Assembly: GCA_015056485.1 (NCBI GenBank)
Contig: SVGD01000004.1
Coordinates: forward strand, 37,460 to 101,459
DNA: 64,000 nucleotides
From: Clostridiales bacterium
Lineage (GTDB): Bacteria > Bacillota > Clostridia > TANB77 > CAG-508
Reading direction: 5' to 3'
Part shown: positions 37,343 to 48,564 of the stretch, piece after piece
How positions within the stretch are numbered: the stretch's first letter is position 1
Layout: every line of letters begins with the position of its first letter
The notes under the pieces: model-generated
What the model saw: only the letters and a program-made list of their open reading frames with translations
Database searches by the model: none
Told to the model about the DNA's origin: nothing
Made by a program: the position numbers and the translations under genes

Positions 37343-40300
37343 TTATTCTGTTACTTCTGCTGTTTCTTCTTCAACAGGTCCATTTACTACTTCTGCATTT
37401 TCTTCTACTTTTTGTTCTTCCTCTGTGCTTATTCTTATATTTCTATATGCATTCATTCCTGTTCCTGCTGGGATTAATTTACCTATGATAACATTTTCTT
37501 TTAATCCTATTAATTCATCTTTTTTACCTTTTATTGCAGCTTCTGTTAACACTCTTGTTGTTTCTTGGAAAGATGCTGCTGACAAGAAACTATCTGTAGC
37601 TAATGATGCTTTTGTTATACCTAGTAATAATCTCTTTCCTGTTGCTGCTGTTTTACCTTCAGCTTTTACTTTTTCGTTTTCTTCGTTAAATTCATTAACA
37701 TCCATTAATGAACCAGCAACTAATGTTGTATCTCCAACATCTTCAACTTTTACTTTCTTAAGCATTTGTCTTCCTATAACTTCAATATGTTTGTCATTAA
37801 TATCAACACCTTGGTTTCTATAAACTTTTTGAACTTCTGCTGTTAAATATCTATGAACGCCTTCTGCACCTTTAATTGCTAAAATTTCATTAGGATTTAT
37901 TGAACCTTCTGTTAATGGGTCTCCTGCCTTAATTTCGTCTCCTTCTTTTACTTTTAGTTTAGAACCGAAACTAATTGTATATGTTTTAGAATCTTCCTTT
38001 GATGTAACAGTAATTTCTTTTCTTTTCTTAACATCTTGTATTTTAACTGTACCATCTATTTCTGAAATTACAGCTAATCCCTTTGGTTTTCTAGCTTCAA
38101 ATAACTCTTCAACCCTAGGTAAACCTTGTGTGATATCTCCTCCTGCAACACCTCCAGTATGGAAAGTTCTCATTGTAAGCTGTGTACCAGGCTCACCAAT
38201 TGATTGCGCAGCTATAATACCAACTGCTTCACCAATGTTTACTTCTTTTCTTGTTGCTAATCCCATACCATAACATTTAGCACAAACACCATGTTTACAT
38301 TTACATCCAAGTACTGAACGAACTTCAACTTTTGTAATTCCTGCAGCTATAACTTTATCTGCTATATCGCTAGAAATTAAAGTATTTGTATCTACTATTA
38401 CTTCATTTGTTGTTGGGTCAATAATATCATGTAATGCATATCTTCCAACTAATCTTTCATGTAATTTTTCAATTATTTGATTTCCATCTTTTATATCTTC
38501 AATTTCAATTCCTTCAGTTGAACCACAGTCTGTTTCTCTTACTATAATATCTTGAGAAACGTCAACTAATCTTCTTGTTAAGTATCCAGAGTCAGCTGTT
38601 CTTAAAGCTGTATCTGCTAAACCTTTTCTAGCACCGTGTGATGATATGAAGTATTCTAGAACATCTAATCCTTCTCTGAAGCATGATTTGATTGGAATCT
38701 CAACGGCTTTACCAGATGTGTTTGCCATAAGTCCACGCATACCCGCAATTTGACGTAATTGGTTCATGTTACCTCTAGCTCCTGATTGTGCCATCATGTA
38801 GATTGGATTTAAATCATCAAAATTATCTTTCATTGCATCTGTAACTTCACTTGTTGCTTTTTCCCATACTTTAATGATTGATGCATATCTTTCGTCTTCA
38901 GTAATTAAACCACGTTTAAATTGTTTTCCAATTTCATCAACTTGTTTTTCACTATTTGCCAATATTTCTTTTTTAGCTTCTGGCACTGCAACGTCAGCAA
39001 CTGACACTGTAATAGCACCTCTTGTTGAATATTTGAATCCTAATGTTTTAATATAGTCTAATAGTTCTGCAGCTACATTTAATCCATGTTTATCAATACA
39101 TTTTGCTATAATTGTTCCTAAGTTTTTCTTCATAACTGGGAAGTCAATTTCTAAATCAAAGGCTTTTTCAGGGTCTGTTCTATCAACAAATCCTAAGTCT
39201 TGAGGTATTTCAGCATTGTAGATTATTCTTCCTACTGTTGTTTCTATTGTTTTTGTTTTTATTTCTTCTCCAATTTGTTTTGTTCTTCTTATTTTTACTT
39301 TTGCATGTAATCCTAAGTCACCATTATAGTATGCTAAAAGGGCTTCGTCTTCATCTTTGAAGTACATTCCTTCACCTTTTTCATTTTCTGTTTCCATTGT
39401 TAAGTAATAACTTCCTAAGATCATATCTTGAGTAGGTACTGTAACTGGTTTTCCATCTTGTGGTTTTAATAAGTTATTTACTGATAACATTAAATATCTT
39501 GCTTCTGCTTGTGCTTCTGGTGATAAAGGTACGTGAACAGCCATTTGGTCTCCATCGAAGTCAGCATTGAATGCTGTACAAACTAATGGGTGAAGTTTTA
39601 TAGCTCTACCTTCTACTAAAACTGGTTCGAATGCTTGAATACCAAGTCTGTGTAGTGTTGGAGCACGGTTAAGCATTACTGGATGGTCTTGAATAACTTC
39701 TTCTAATATATCCCATACTTCTGGTCTTAATTTTTCTACCATTCTTTTTGCATTTTTTATATTATGTGCTAATCCACGTTCAACTAATTCTTTCATTACG
39801 AAAGGTTTAAATAATTCTATTGCCATTTCTTTTGGAAGTCCACATTGATATATTTTTAGTTCAGGTCCTACAACGATAACTGAACGTCCTGAATAGTCAA
39901 CACGTTTTCCAAGTAAGTTTTGACGGAAACGTCCTTGTTTTCCTTTTAACATATCTGATAAAGATTTTAAAGGTCTATTTCCAGCTCCTGTTACTGGTCT
40001 TCCACGTCTTCCATTGTCTATTAATGCATCAACAGATTCTTGTAACATTCTTTTTTCATTTCTTACAATAATCTCTGGTGCTCCCAATTCTAATAATCTT
40101 TTTAATCTATTATTTCTATTTATAACTCTTCTATATAAGTCATTTAAATCAGATGTAGCAAATCTACCTCCATCTAATTGAACCATTGGTCTTAATTCTG
40201 GTGGTATAACTGGAACAACATTCATTATCATCCATTCTGGTTTGTTTTCTGAATTTCTAAAGCTTTCTACTGTGTCTAATCTTTTTACTAATTTAGCTTT

Positions 40301-40927
40301 TTTTTGCTCACTTGATTTTTCAATTTCTTTTTTTAATTTTATAGATAATTTTTCAATATCTACTTCTTTTAATAAAGTTCTAATAGCTTCTGCACCCATT
40401 TTTGCAGTAAAAGAACCTTTTCCATATTTTTCTACAGCTTCATGGTATTCTTTCTCATTTAAAATTTGACATTTTGTTAATCCTGATGTTCCTTTATCAA
40501 TTACTATATATGATGCAAAGTAGATAACTTTTTCTAGACTTCTTGGTGAAATATCTAATAGAAGTGCTATTCTACTTGGTATACCTTTAAAATACCAAAT
40601 GTGTGCTACTGGAGCAGCTAATTCAATATGCCCCATTCTTTCACGTCTAACTTTTGATTTTGTAACTTCAACACCACATCTATCACATATAATACCTTTA
40701 TATCTTACTCTTTTATATTTTCCACAATGACATTCCCAGTCTTTTGTTGGTCCAAATATTTTTTCACAGAATAATCCATCTTTTTCTGGTTTTAAAGTTC
40801 TGTAATTAATAGTTTCAGGTTTTTTTACTTCTCCCTTAGACCATTCTCTTACTTTTTCATCTGATGCTAGCCCTATTTTAATTTTATTAAAAATATCTAA
40901 TTCATCTTTAACTTCTTTGTTTTCCAT
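37343..40927 (-). CDS. rpoC: DNA-directed RNA polymerase subunit beta'
   Basis: [28 protein letters not shown]; start placed at ATG 40927 after AGGAGG. Confidence 0.99.
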   Translation of the reverse strand: MENKEVKDELDIFNKIKIGLASDEKVREWSKGEVKKPETINYRTLKPEKDGLFCEKIFGPTKDWECHCGKYKRVRYKGIICDRCGVEVTKSKVRRERMGHIELAAPVAHIWYFKGIPSRIALLLDISPRSLEKVIYFASYIVIDKGTSGLTKCQILNEKEYHEAVEKYGKGSFTAKMGAEAIRTLLKEVDIEKLSIKLKKEIEKSSEQKKAKLVKRLDTVESFRNSENKPEWMIMNVVPVIPPELRPMVQLDGGRFATSDLNDLYRRVINRNNRLKRLLELGAPEIIVRNEKRMLQESVDALIDNGRRGRPVTGAGNRPLKSLSDMLKGKQGRFRQNLLGKRVDYSGRSVIVVGPELKIYQCGLPKEMAIELFKPFVMKELVERGLAHNIKNAKRMVEKLRPEVWDILEEVIQDHPVMLNRAPTLHRLGIQAFEPVLVEGRAIKLHPLVCTAFNADFDGDQMAVHVPLSPEAQAEARYLMLSVNNLLKPQDGKPVTVPTQDMILGSYYLTMETENEKGEGMYFKDEDEALLAYYNGDLGLHAKVKIRRTKQIGEEIKTKTIETTVGRIIYNAEIPQDLGFVDRTDPEKAFDLEIDFPVMKKNLGTIIAKCIDKHGLNVAAELLDYIKTLGFKYSTRGAITVSVADVAVPEAKKEILANSEKQVDEIGKQFKRGLITEDERYASIIKVWEKATSEVTDAMKDNFDDLNPIYMMAQSGARGNMNQLRQIAGMRGLMANTSGKAVEIPIKSCFREGLDVLEYFISSHGARKGLADTALRTADSGYLTRRLVDVSQDIIVRETDCGSTEGIEIEDIKDGNQIIEKLHERLVGRYALHDIIDPTTNEVIVDTNTLISSDIADKVIAAGITKVEVRSVLGCKCKHGVCAKCYGMGLATRKEVNIGEAVGIIAAQSIGEPGTQLTMRTFHTGGVAGGDITQGLPRVEELFEARKPKGLAVISEIDGTVKIQDVKKRKEITVTSKEDSKTYTISFGSKLKVKEGDEIKAGDPLTEGSINPNEILAIKGAEGVHRYLTAEVQKVYRNQGVDINDKHIEVIGRQMLKKVKVEDVGDTTLVAGSLMDVNEFNEENEKVKAEGKTAATGKRLLLGITKASLATDSFLSAASFQETTRVLTEAAIKGKKDELIGLKENVIIGKLIPAGTGMNAYRNIRISTEEEQKVEENAEVVNGPVEEETAEVTE

Positions 40928-41226
40928 AAAGGTCTTCTTTCCTCCTTCAAAATTCATATCGGTTATTGGATTTTATCATTTGGAGTTTGGTAAATTTTAT
41001 CAATTATTATTTTATTTTCCTAATTCTAAAAACCAACTACAATATTATAAAATCAAATATACATTGCTCGAACAATTCCATACTGAAATTTAATTTTATT
41101 TTATTGTTATATTATTTAATTAGATTTTTATTATGTAGGTCGCCATCGGATAGCCGTCCGAATGCAATGAGGTTACGGATATCACATTCCCTTTGGGTAA
41201 GGACGACGACCCCTATATCATTTTTA

Positions 41227-44200
41227 TTATTCTATAATGTCTTCATCATTTAAAAGATTGTCTGTTGCAAGGTCATTGTCAAAAATTTCCTTATCTAAAA
41301 CTTCTGGCTCTTCAAGTAAATCTTCTTCATCAATATCATCTATATCATCAAGTAAATCATCGTCTTCTAGATTTTCTTCATTATACTCATCTTGTAACTC
41401 TTCTTCATTAACAATTTGTTCAGCTTCTAGTAACTTATTTGCTTCTTCAATATTTAAGTCTATTCCTTCATCTATATTTTCTTTAAGTTCTAGTTCTTCA
41501 TCATTATCAGAATATAGTCTTACGTCTAATCCTAAACTTTGTAATTCTTTTACTAAAACTTTGAAACTTTCTGGAACACCTGGTTCAGGAACATTTTCAC
41601 CTTTTACTATTGCTTCGTATGTTTTTACTCTACCTACAACGTCGTCTGATTTTACTGTTAAAATTTCTTGTAATGTATATGCTGCTCCATATGCTTCTAG
41701 AGCCCAAACTTCCATCTCTCCAAAACGTTGTCCACCAAATTGTGCTTTACCTCCTAAAGGTTGTTGTGTTACTAAAGAGTATGGTCCTGTTGAACGAGCA
41801 TGTATTTTATCATCAACTAAGTGGTGAAGTTTTAACATATACATAACTCCAACTGTAATTGGTTTATCAAATGGTTCTCCTGTTCTTCCATCATAAAGTA
41901 TTGTTTTTCCATCTTCTGATAATCCAGATTGTTTTAATAACTCAACTATATCTTCTTCTGAAGCTCCGTCAAATACTGGAGTTGCAACTTTCATATTTAA
42001 TAATTTTGCAGCCATTCCTAAGTGAACTTCTAAAACTTGACCTAAGTTCATACGAGAAGGTACACCTAATGGATTTAATACAACATCTACTGGTGTTCCA
42101 TCTGGCATAAATGGCATATCTTCTACTGGTAATATTCTTGAAATAACACCTTTGTTACCATGACGTCCAGCCATTTTATCACCAACAGAAATTTTTCTTT
42201 TTTGAGCAATATATACTCTTATTACTTCATTTACTCCAGGGCCAAGTTCGTCTGAGTTATCTCTGTTATATTTTTTGATGTCAACTATTGTTCCTGCTTC
42301 ACCATGAGGTACTCTTAATGATGTATCACGAACTTCCCTTGCTTTTTCTCCAAATATTGCACGAAGTAATCTTTCTTCTGCAGTAAGTTCTGTTTCTCCT
42401 TTTGGAGTTACTTTACCTACTAATATATCTCCTGGTCTAACTTCTGCACCAATTCTGATAATTCCGTTTTCATCTAAGTCTTTTAAGTTTTCTTCACCTA
42501 CGTTTGGAATATCTCTTGTTATTTCTTCTGCTCCTAATTTTGTATCACGACATTCACAATCGTATTCTTCAATGTGAATAGAAGTATAAACATCTTCTTT
42601 TACTAATCTTTCACTAAGTAATATAGCATCCTCGTAGTTATATCCTTCCCAAGTTGTGAATGCAATTATAACATTCTTTCCTAATGCCATTTCTCCATTT
42701 TGTGTAGAAGGTCCGTCAGCAATAACATCTCCAGCTTTTACTTTTTCACCTTTTACAACTATTGGATGTTGATTAATACATGTTCCACCATTTGTTCTTT
42801 TGAATTTACGTAATTTATATGTATCAATTCCATTTTTTGTTTTTATAGTAATTTCGTCACCAGTTACTTTTTCTACTGTTCCTGCTTCTTTAGCTAAAAC
42901 TGTTATTCCAGAATCTTTTGCTGCTTTATATTCAATTCCTGTTCCTACTATTGGAGAATCTGTAATCATAAGTGGAACTGCTTGACGTTGCATGTTCGCA
43001 CCCATTAATGCACGGTTAGCATCATCATGTTCTAAGAAAGGAATCATTGCTGCACCAACTGAAACTAATTGTTTAGGTGAAACATCTACGTAATCTACTT
43101 GGCTAGCGTCAACTTCTGTTATTTCATCTAAGTATCTTACTCTTATTCTATTGTTTATAAATTTTCCGTCTTTATCCATTGGTTCTGTAGCTTGTGCAAT
43201 GATGTATTCATCTTCTTCATCAGCTGTCATATATTGAACTTCATCTGTAACTTTTCCAGTTTCTTTATCGATTTTTCTATATGGAGTTTCAACAAATCCA
43301 TATTCATTTATTATTGCAAATGTTGAAAGTGCTGATATAAGTCCAATGTTTGGTCCTTCAGGAGATTCTATTGGACATAATCTTCCATAGTGTGTATAGT
43401 GAACGTCACGAACCTCGAATCCAGCTCTTTCTCTTGATAATCCTCCAGGTCCTAATGCTGAAATTCTTCTTTTATGTGTTAATTCTGATAATGGGTTTGT
43501 TTGGTCCATGAATTGTGATAATTGTGAACTTCCAAAGAATTCTCTAATTGCTGAAGTTATAGGTTTTGTGTTTATTAATGTTTGTGGTGTTATTACATCT
43601 AAGTCTTGAATTGTCATTCTTTCTCTAACAACTCTTTCTAATCTTGTTAAACCAATTCTAAATTGATTTTGTAATAACTCTCCAACACATCTGATACGTC
43701 TGTTTCCTAAATGGTCAATATCATCTACTCTTCCTAATCCATATTGTAAGTTTAATACATAGTTAATTGAAGAAATAATATCTTCTGTTATTATATTTTT
43801 TGGAATTAATTCATCGATTCTTTCATCAATTACTTTTTCTAAATCTTTTTTGTCTGTATTTTCTAAAATATTTTTTAATACTTCATAATTAACAAGTTCT
43901 TTGATTTCTAGTTTTTTTAGTTCTACAAATGCATTTATATCTACTGTTCCATTTCCAATTACTCTTACTTTTTTATCATCAATTTTTATATCTACAATGT
44001 TTATTCCTGAATTTTGAATTGCATTAGCTTGTTCTTTTGAAATTACAGTATCTTTTTCTACTAAAATTTCTCCAGTTTCACTATCTAATATATCACTGTA
44101 AGCAACTTGACCTGTAATTCTTGAAGATAAACTTAATTTTTTATTAAATTTATATCTTCCTACTTTAGCTAAATCATATCTTCTTGGGTCAAAGAATAGG

Positions 44201-44967
44201 TTGTTAAATAAACTTCTTGCAGCATCAACTGTTGGAAGTTCACCTGGTCTTAACTTTTTATAAATTTCAACGATTGCTTCATCACTAGTTTTTATAGTAT
44301 CTTTAGCAATACTAGCTAATATTTTTTCATCTTCTCCAAATACTTCTATAATTTGTTCATCTGTAGCTAATCCTATTGCTCTTAAAAGTGCTGTTACTGG
44401 TATTTTTCTTGTTCTATCAATTCTTACATAGAATACATCGTTACTATCTGTTTCATATTCAAGCCATGCACCTCTGATTGGCATAACTGTTGCTTTATAT
44501 AATTTTTTTCCTGTTTTATCATAATCTGATTCATAGTAGCAACCTGGAGATCTAACTAATTGGCTTACTACAACTCTTTCTGCACCATTAATAACGAAAG
44601 TTCCGCTATCTGTCATAAGAGGAAAATCACCTAAGTAAATTTCTTGCTCTTTGATTTCACCAGTTTCACGATTTATAAGTCTTACTTTAACGTGTAATCT
44701 AGTAGAATATGTAGCATCTCTTTCTTTTGCTTCTTCTAATGAATATTTAGTTGTATCCTCCATGTAATAATCGAAAAATTCAAGAATTAAATTTCCTGTG
44801 TAATCAATGATTGGTGAAATATCTCTTAATACTTCTCCTAATCCTTCTTTTACAAACCAGTCATAAGAATCTTTTTGAACTTTAATAAGATTTGGAATAT
44901 CTACGAAATCTCCAATTTTCGCAAATGTTTTTCTTGTTGTCTTTTCATAATTTAAGTCTGTTAACAA
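41227..44967 (-). CDS. rpoB: DNA-directed RNA polymerase subunit beta
   Basis: [40 protein letters not shown] start after GGGAG. Confidence 0.99.
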   Translation of the reverse strand: MLTDLNYEKTTRKTFAKIGDFVDIPNLIKVQKDSYDWFVKEGLGEVLRDISPIIDYTGNLILEFFDYYMEDTTKYSLEEAKERDATYSTRLHVKVRLINRETGEIKEQEIYLGDFPLMTDSGTFVINGAERVVVSQLVRSPGCYYESDYDKTGKKLYKATVMPIRGAWLEYETDSNDVFYVRIDRTRKIPVTALLRAIGLATDEQIIEVFGEDEKILASIAKDTIKTSDEAIVEIYKKLRPGELPTVDAARSLFNNLFFDPRRYDLAKVGRYKFNKKLSLSSRITGQVAYSDILDSETGEILVEKDTVISKEQANAIQNSGINIVDIKIDDKKVRVIGNGTVDINAFVELKKLEIKELVNYEVLKNILENTDKKDLEKVIDERIDELIPKNIITEDIISSINYVLNLQYGLGRVDDIDHLGNRRIRCVGELLQNQFRIGLTRLERVVRERMTIQDLDVITPQTLINTKPITSAIREFFGSSQLSQFMDQTNPLSELTHKRRISALGPGGLSRERAGFEVRDVHYTHYGRLCPIESPEGPNIGLISALSTFAIINEYGFVETPYRKIDKETGKVTDEVQYMTADEEDEYIIAQATEPMDKDGKFINNRIRVRYLDEITEVDASQVDYVDVSPKQLVSVGAAMIPFLEHDDANRALMGANMQRQAVPLMITDSPIVGTGIEYKAAKDSGITVLAKEAGTVEKVTGDEITIKTKNGIDTYKLRKFKRTNGGTCINQHPIVVKGEKVKAGDVIADGPSTQNGEMALGKNVIIAFTTWEGYNYEDAILLSERLVKEDVYTSIHIEEYDCECRDTKLGAEEITRDIPNVGEENLKDLDENGIIRIGAEVRPGDILVGKVTPKGETELTAEERLLRAIFGEKAREVRDTSLRVPHGEAGTIVDIKKYNRDNSDELGPGVNEVIRVYIAQKRKISVGDKMAGRHGNKGVISRILPVEDMPFMPDGTPVDVVLNPLGVPSRMNLGQVLEVHLGMAAKLLNMKVATPVFDGASEEDIVELLKQSGLSEDGKTILYDGRTGEPFDKPITVGVMYMLKLHHLVDDKIHARSTGPYSLVTQQPLGGKAQFGGQRFGEMEVWALEAYGAAYTLQEILTVKSDDVVGRVKTYEAIVKGENVPEPGVPESFKVLVKELQSLGLDVRLYSDNDEELELKENIDEGIDLNIEEANKLLEAEQIVNEEELQDEYNEENLEDDDLLDDIDDIDEEDLLEEPEVLDKEIFDNDLATDNLLNDEDIIE

Positions 44968-44989
44968 AATAAATCAACTCCCTTTTTTG

Positions 44990-45062
44990 GAAGTGGGATG
45001 TGAGATGTGGGATGTGTGCTTTTTTAGCACTTCGCACTTCGCACTTCGCACTTCGCACCTCA
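44990..45062. repeat. Inverted heptamer-array element (short-spacer copy) in the rpoB leader
   Basis: AAGTGGG ATGTGAG ATGTGGG ATGTGTG, then GCACTTC x3 + GCACCTC. Confidence 0.8.
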
Positions 45063-45408
45063 TGATTTTTTGAGCAGATATATTTATAATAGAAATAAAT
45101 TTCTATCTTCTAATTAAACAAAGTCCCTCTCAAATATTAATGTATCATAATCCTCAAAACCGTACTGCCCTAAAACAATTTTGATTTTTACAACCTGGAT
45201 TAATATTTAATTCCTCTTTATTTAATTTTTTTAGCAATACAAAAAAGTGTAGGAGAAAATTATAACTTTTACTCTTTGGATACTCTTCAAACTATTGTAT
45301 CCCTACACTTTTTATTATTTTTCAATTCTATATTACTATTATTTTTATTTTAACCACCCTTATGTTATAAGAGCTACATATTTCTATTGGCGAAATATGT
45401 GCTGTATA

Positions 45409-45438
45409 ATAATATCATACTTATATGTGGCTTGTCAA
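45409..45438 (-). promoter_or_regulatory. Putative sigmaA promoter of rpoB (about 430-nt leader)
   Basis: TTGACA-N18-TATTAT with TG at the extended -10 position on the minus strand. Confidence 0.55.
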
Positions 45439-45499
45439 TGTTTTTTTAAAAATTGTTGTTAGGGTTTAGCATTATATTTTAAAATAAATTTAAATCATT

Positions 45500-45598
45500 G
45501 TAGGGGTCGCCGCCCTCGGCGACCCGAAAACAACAATTACAATCTTATTATATAAGTATTCCTACGAAGCACGGGTCGCCGAGGGCGGCGACCCCTAC
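45500..45598. repeat. REPIN-like inverted pair of subtype C REPs
   Basis: Perfect 27-bp inverted pair GTAGGGGTCGCCGCCCTCGGCGACCCG. Confidence 0.9.
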
Positions 45599-45648
45599 AT
45601 AAAATAATAAAAATTAATAATATCTAATAAATATTTAATACTGAAGAT

Positions 45649-45672
45649 GGGGCGATTAAAATCGCCCCCTAC
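45649..45672 (-). repeat. REP subtype B
   Basis: GGGGCGATTAAAATCGCCCCCTAC right after the L,D-transpeptidase stop. Confidence 0.85.
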
Positions 45673-45675
45673 AGA

Positions 45676-46371
45676 TTAATCAATTAGCATAAATCCCATA
45701 TGCTCCTGTAATTCTATGTCAATAGTTTTTCTTGAATATAGTCCGTTAGCTTTGCAATATTTTTGAACTGCCCTTTCAGTTTCTGCTCCGAACTTCCCAT
45801 TTGGAGTTGCTAAAAAATATCCTAATTCCTTAAGTTTTTTTTGGATTTGCATTACATCTGAGCCATACATTCCAGATTTTAGATTTCTTAATCCTTTACC
45901 AAATACTCCATATACACCGTCAACTATTGTTACTTTTGTTCCTATTGGTACAACTTTATATAACTCCGCAACTTCATCATTATTCATTCTAATGCAACCA
46001 TGAGAACTTGCCCATCCTACTGATTGTGGATTTAAAGTTCCATGTATTCCAAAATTGCCCCACGGAACATTTAGACCTAGCCAACTGCCTCCAAAACCTT
46101 CACCCCATTTTGCTTTTTTTGTTATCTTCCATGTCCCTATAGGCGAAGGCGTATTCCATTTCCCTCCTGAGCATGAATAATTTTTCACTAACCTTCCATT
46201 ATCTAAAAGATATAACTTCGAACTTTCTACATCTACTAAAATAGAATATTCACTTTGTGCATAATTTGCTGTTTGAATATAGTCATTATTAATATATAAA
46301 ACAAGGGCGGACACAGGGCCCGCCCCTATAACTAAAACAAATAAAATTATTATTACTTTTATTTTTTTCAT
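45676..46371 (-). CDS. L,D-transpeptidase (YkuD) with C-terminal peptidoglycan-binding domain
   Basis: TPSPIGTW, GIHGT...SHGCIRM, LKSGMYGSDVMQIQKKLKELGY...GKFG..TERAV. Confidence 0.92.
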   Translation of the reverse strand: MKKIKVIIILFVLVIGAGPVSALVLYINNDYIQTANYAQSEYSILVDVESSKLYLLDNGRLVKNYSCSGGKWNTPSPIGTWKITKKAKWGEGFGGSWLGLNVPWGNFGIHGTLNPQSVGWASSHGCIRMNNDEVAELYKVVPIGTKVTIVDGVYGVFGKGLRNLKSGMYGSDVMQIQKKLKELGYFLATPNGKFGAETERAVQKYCKANGLYSRKTIDIELQEHMGFMLID

Positions 46372-46398
46372 AATAAAATATATTCATTAAAATATAAT

Positions 46399-46761
46399 TT
46401 ATTCTTGTACAGTTACATTTCCATATTCTTCAATAATATAATTATCACCTTTTACAGTAACAATATAACTATTTGTACTTTCATTTTTAACTATATTTGT
46501 ACTATTATCTATTTTTTTAAGTTTTTTTGTTAAAGCTTCTTCATTTATTTTACCATTTTTATTTTTAGATGTAAGTACCGCATGTATTATATCTTGATAT
46601 ACACCAGCATCCTCCACACTTTCTTTTGCTTCTCCAGCTTTACCTATTATCCCACCTTCATTTAATGCTACTACAACTACTGTTCCCGCTAATATCGTCA
46701 TTACTCCAATAGTAATAACTAACGAAGTTAAAGTTATACCTTTATCTTTTTTTAATTTCAT
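46399..46761 (-). CDS. Type IV pilin-like protein (class III signal peptide, no Glu5)
   Basis: MKLKKDKG|ITLTSLVITIGVMTILAGTVV...GGIIGKA; start reassigned to 46761 (the longer ORF overlaps hydA). Confidence 0.8.
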   Translation of the reverse strand: MKLKKDKGITLTSLVITIGVMTILAGTVVVVALNEGGIIGKAGEAKESVEDAGVYQDIIHAVLTSKNKNGKINEEALTKKLKKIDNSTNIVKNESTNSYIVTVKGDNYIIEEYGNVTVQE

Positions 46762-46795
46762 AATCTCCATTCTCCTTTGTGCAATTTTTATATTA

Positions 46796-48544
46796 TTATA
46801 TACTATATTTATCTCTTTCCCCATATGTTGTATGTAATAATTCATGTGCTTTATGACTTCCTGGTTTTTCAAGATATTCTTCATATAACCTTTTTATCAC
46901 AGGATTTTCATGTGACTTTCTTATTGTTTTCGCTTCATCTATAGAATATAAAGCTTTAGCTCTTAATGTTTTAACATCAACTTCAGATCTTATTTTTGAG
47001 CTTACAATAGGTTGCCCTCCTCCATTCACACATCCACCTGGACACGCCATAATTTCTACAAATTGATAATCCGCTTTACCTTGTTTTATTTCTTCTAAAA
47101 TTTTTCTAGCATTAGCTAATCCGTGTGCTACTGCAACTTTAACTTCTATTTCACCTATTTTTATTGCAGCTTTTTTTATTCCTTTTGTACCTCTTACATC
47201 TTCAAAGTAAAGTTTCTTTAATTCTTCACCTGTAATTGTTTCTACTGCTGTTCTTAATGCAGCTTCCATAACACCTCCAGTTGTACCGAATATAACTGCA
47301 GCTCCTGTTGCATCTCCCATTGGACTATCGAATTTTTCATCAGGTAAATTTACAAAATCTATATTTGCTTGTTTTATCATTCTAGCAAGTTCCCTAGTTG
47401 TAAGAACAGCATCTACATTATCTAATTCATTATTTTTAAGTTCTTCTCTGCTTCTTTCAAATTTCTTAGCTACACATGGCATAACTGATACAACAAAAAT
47501 TTTCTTAGGATCAATTTTTTCTTTTTCTGCATAATATGATTTTAAAATTGCCCCAAACATTTCTTGAGGAGATTTACATGTTGATAAATGTCCTAATAAT
47601 TCAGGATAATTCATCTCAATAAACTTTATCCATCCTGGACTGCATGAAGTAATCATTGGCAAAGTTTTATTTTGTGTAAATCTTTCTATAAATTCATTTG
47701 CCTCTTCCATAATTGTTAAATCTGCACCTGTATTCGTATCAAAAACTTTATCAAATCCAATTTTTCTTAATACCGCAACCATTTTACCTTCAACATTTGT
47801 TCCTATTGGCATTCCAAATTCTTCACCTAAAGCAACTCTTACAGCTGGGGCTGTTTGAACTAAAACAACTGTATCTTTATCGTTTATTTTTCTCCAAACT
47901 AATTTTGTATCATCTTTTTCTTTTAATGCTCCTACTGGGCAAGCTTCTATACATTGTCCACAAAAAACACAATTTACATTGTTTAAGCTTTCATCATTTG
48001 TCGCCGCTATTCTTGACTCAAATCCCCTTCCAGCAACATCAATAGCACCTATATTTTGAACATTTTTACACGCAGCCACACATCTTTTACACATTATACA
48101 TTTACTTGTATCTCTTACAATAGAAGGTGATAAATCATCAATTTTTGCTTCAATTTTTTCTCCTTCAAATTCAATTTCTTGAATTCCAAATTGTCTTGCT
48201 AAAGTTTGTAATTCACAATTACCATTTCTTACACAAGTTAAACATTCTCTATTATGAGTTGATAAAATTAAATCTAAAATTACTCTTCTTGCTTCATTTA
48301 TTTCAGGTGTATTAGTTCTTACAACCATATCTTCTTCTACTTTTGTAATACATGAAGGAACAAATCCTCTTCTTCCTTCAATTTCTACAATACACATTCT
48401 GCAGTCTCCAGCTGCATTTATTTCTTTCAAAAAACAAAGTGTTGGAATATCAATATTTGCTTCTCTTGCAGCAGCCAAGACAGATGTTCCTTCTTTTACT
48501 TCTACTTCTTTCCCATCTATTGTTAATTTGATTGTTTCTGCCAT
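46796..48544 (-). CDS. hydA: [FeFe]-hydrogenase catalytic subunit (group A, NADH-dependent)
   Basis: H-cluster motifs TSCSPGW, MPCVAKKFE, EIMACPGGCVNGGGQP; N-terminal 2Fe-2S and 4Fe-4S motifs. Confidence 0.96.
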   Translation of the reverse strand: MAETIKLTIDGKEVEVKEGTSVLAAAREANIDIPTLCFLKEINAAGDCRMCIVEIEGRRGFVPSCITKVEEDMVVRTNTPEINEARRVILDLILSTHNRECLTCVRNGNCELQTLARQFGIQEIEFEGEKIEAKIDDLSPSIVRDTSKCIMCKRCVAACKNVQNIGAIDVAGRGFESRIAATNDESLNNVNCVFCGQCIEACPVGALKEKDDTKLVWRKINDKDTVVLVQTAPAVRVALGEEFGMPIGTNVEGKMVAVLRKIGFDKVFDTNTGADLTIMEEANEFIERFTQNKTLPMITSCSPGWIKFIEMNYPELLGHLSTCKSPQEMFGAILKSYYAEKEKIDPKKIFVVSVMPCVAKKFERSREELKNNELDNVDAVLTTRELARMIKQANIDFVNLPDEKFDSPMGDATGAAVIFGTTGGVMEAALRTAVETITGEELKKLYFEDVRGTKGIKKAAIKIGEIEVKVAVAHGLANARKILEEIKQGKADYQFVEIMACPGGCVNGGGQPIVSSKIRSEVDVKTLRAKALYSIDEAKTIRKSHENPVIKRLYEEYLEKPGSHKAHELLHTTYGERDKYSI

Positions 48545-48564
48545 TTATCATAACCTCCCTTATT

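Noticed and set aside
40966..41253. 95-aa ORF between rpoB and rpoC
   Set aside because: Low-complexity antisense ORF running through a decayed REP pair, no RBS.
46762..46884. N-terminal extension of the pilin ORF
   Set aside because: Overlaps the hydA 3' end; RBS and class III signal support a start at 46761.
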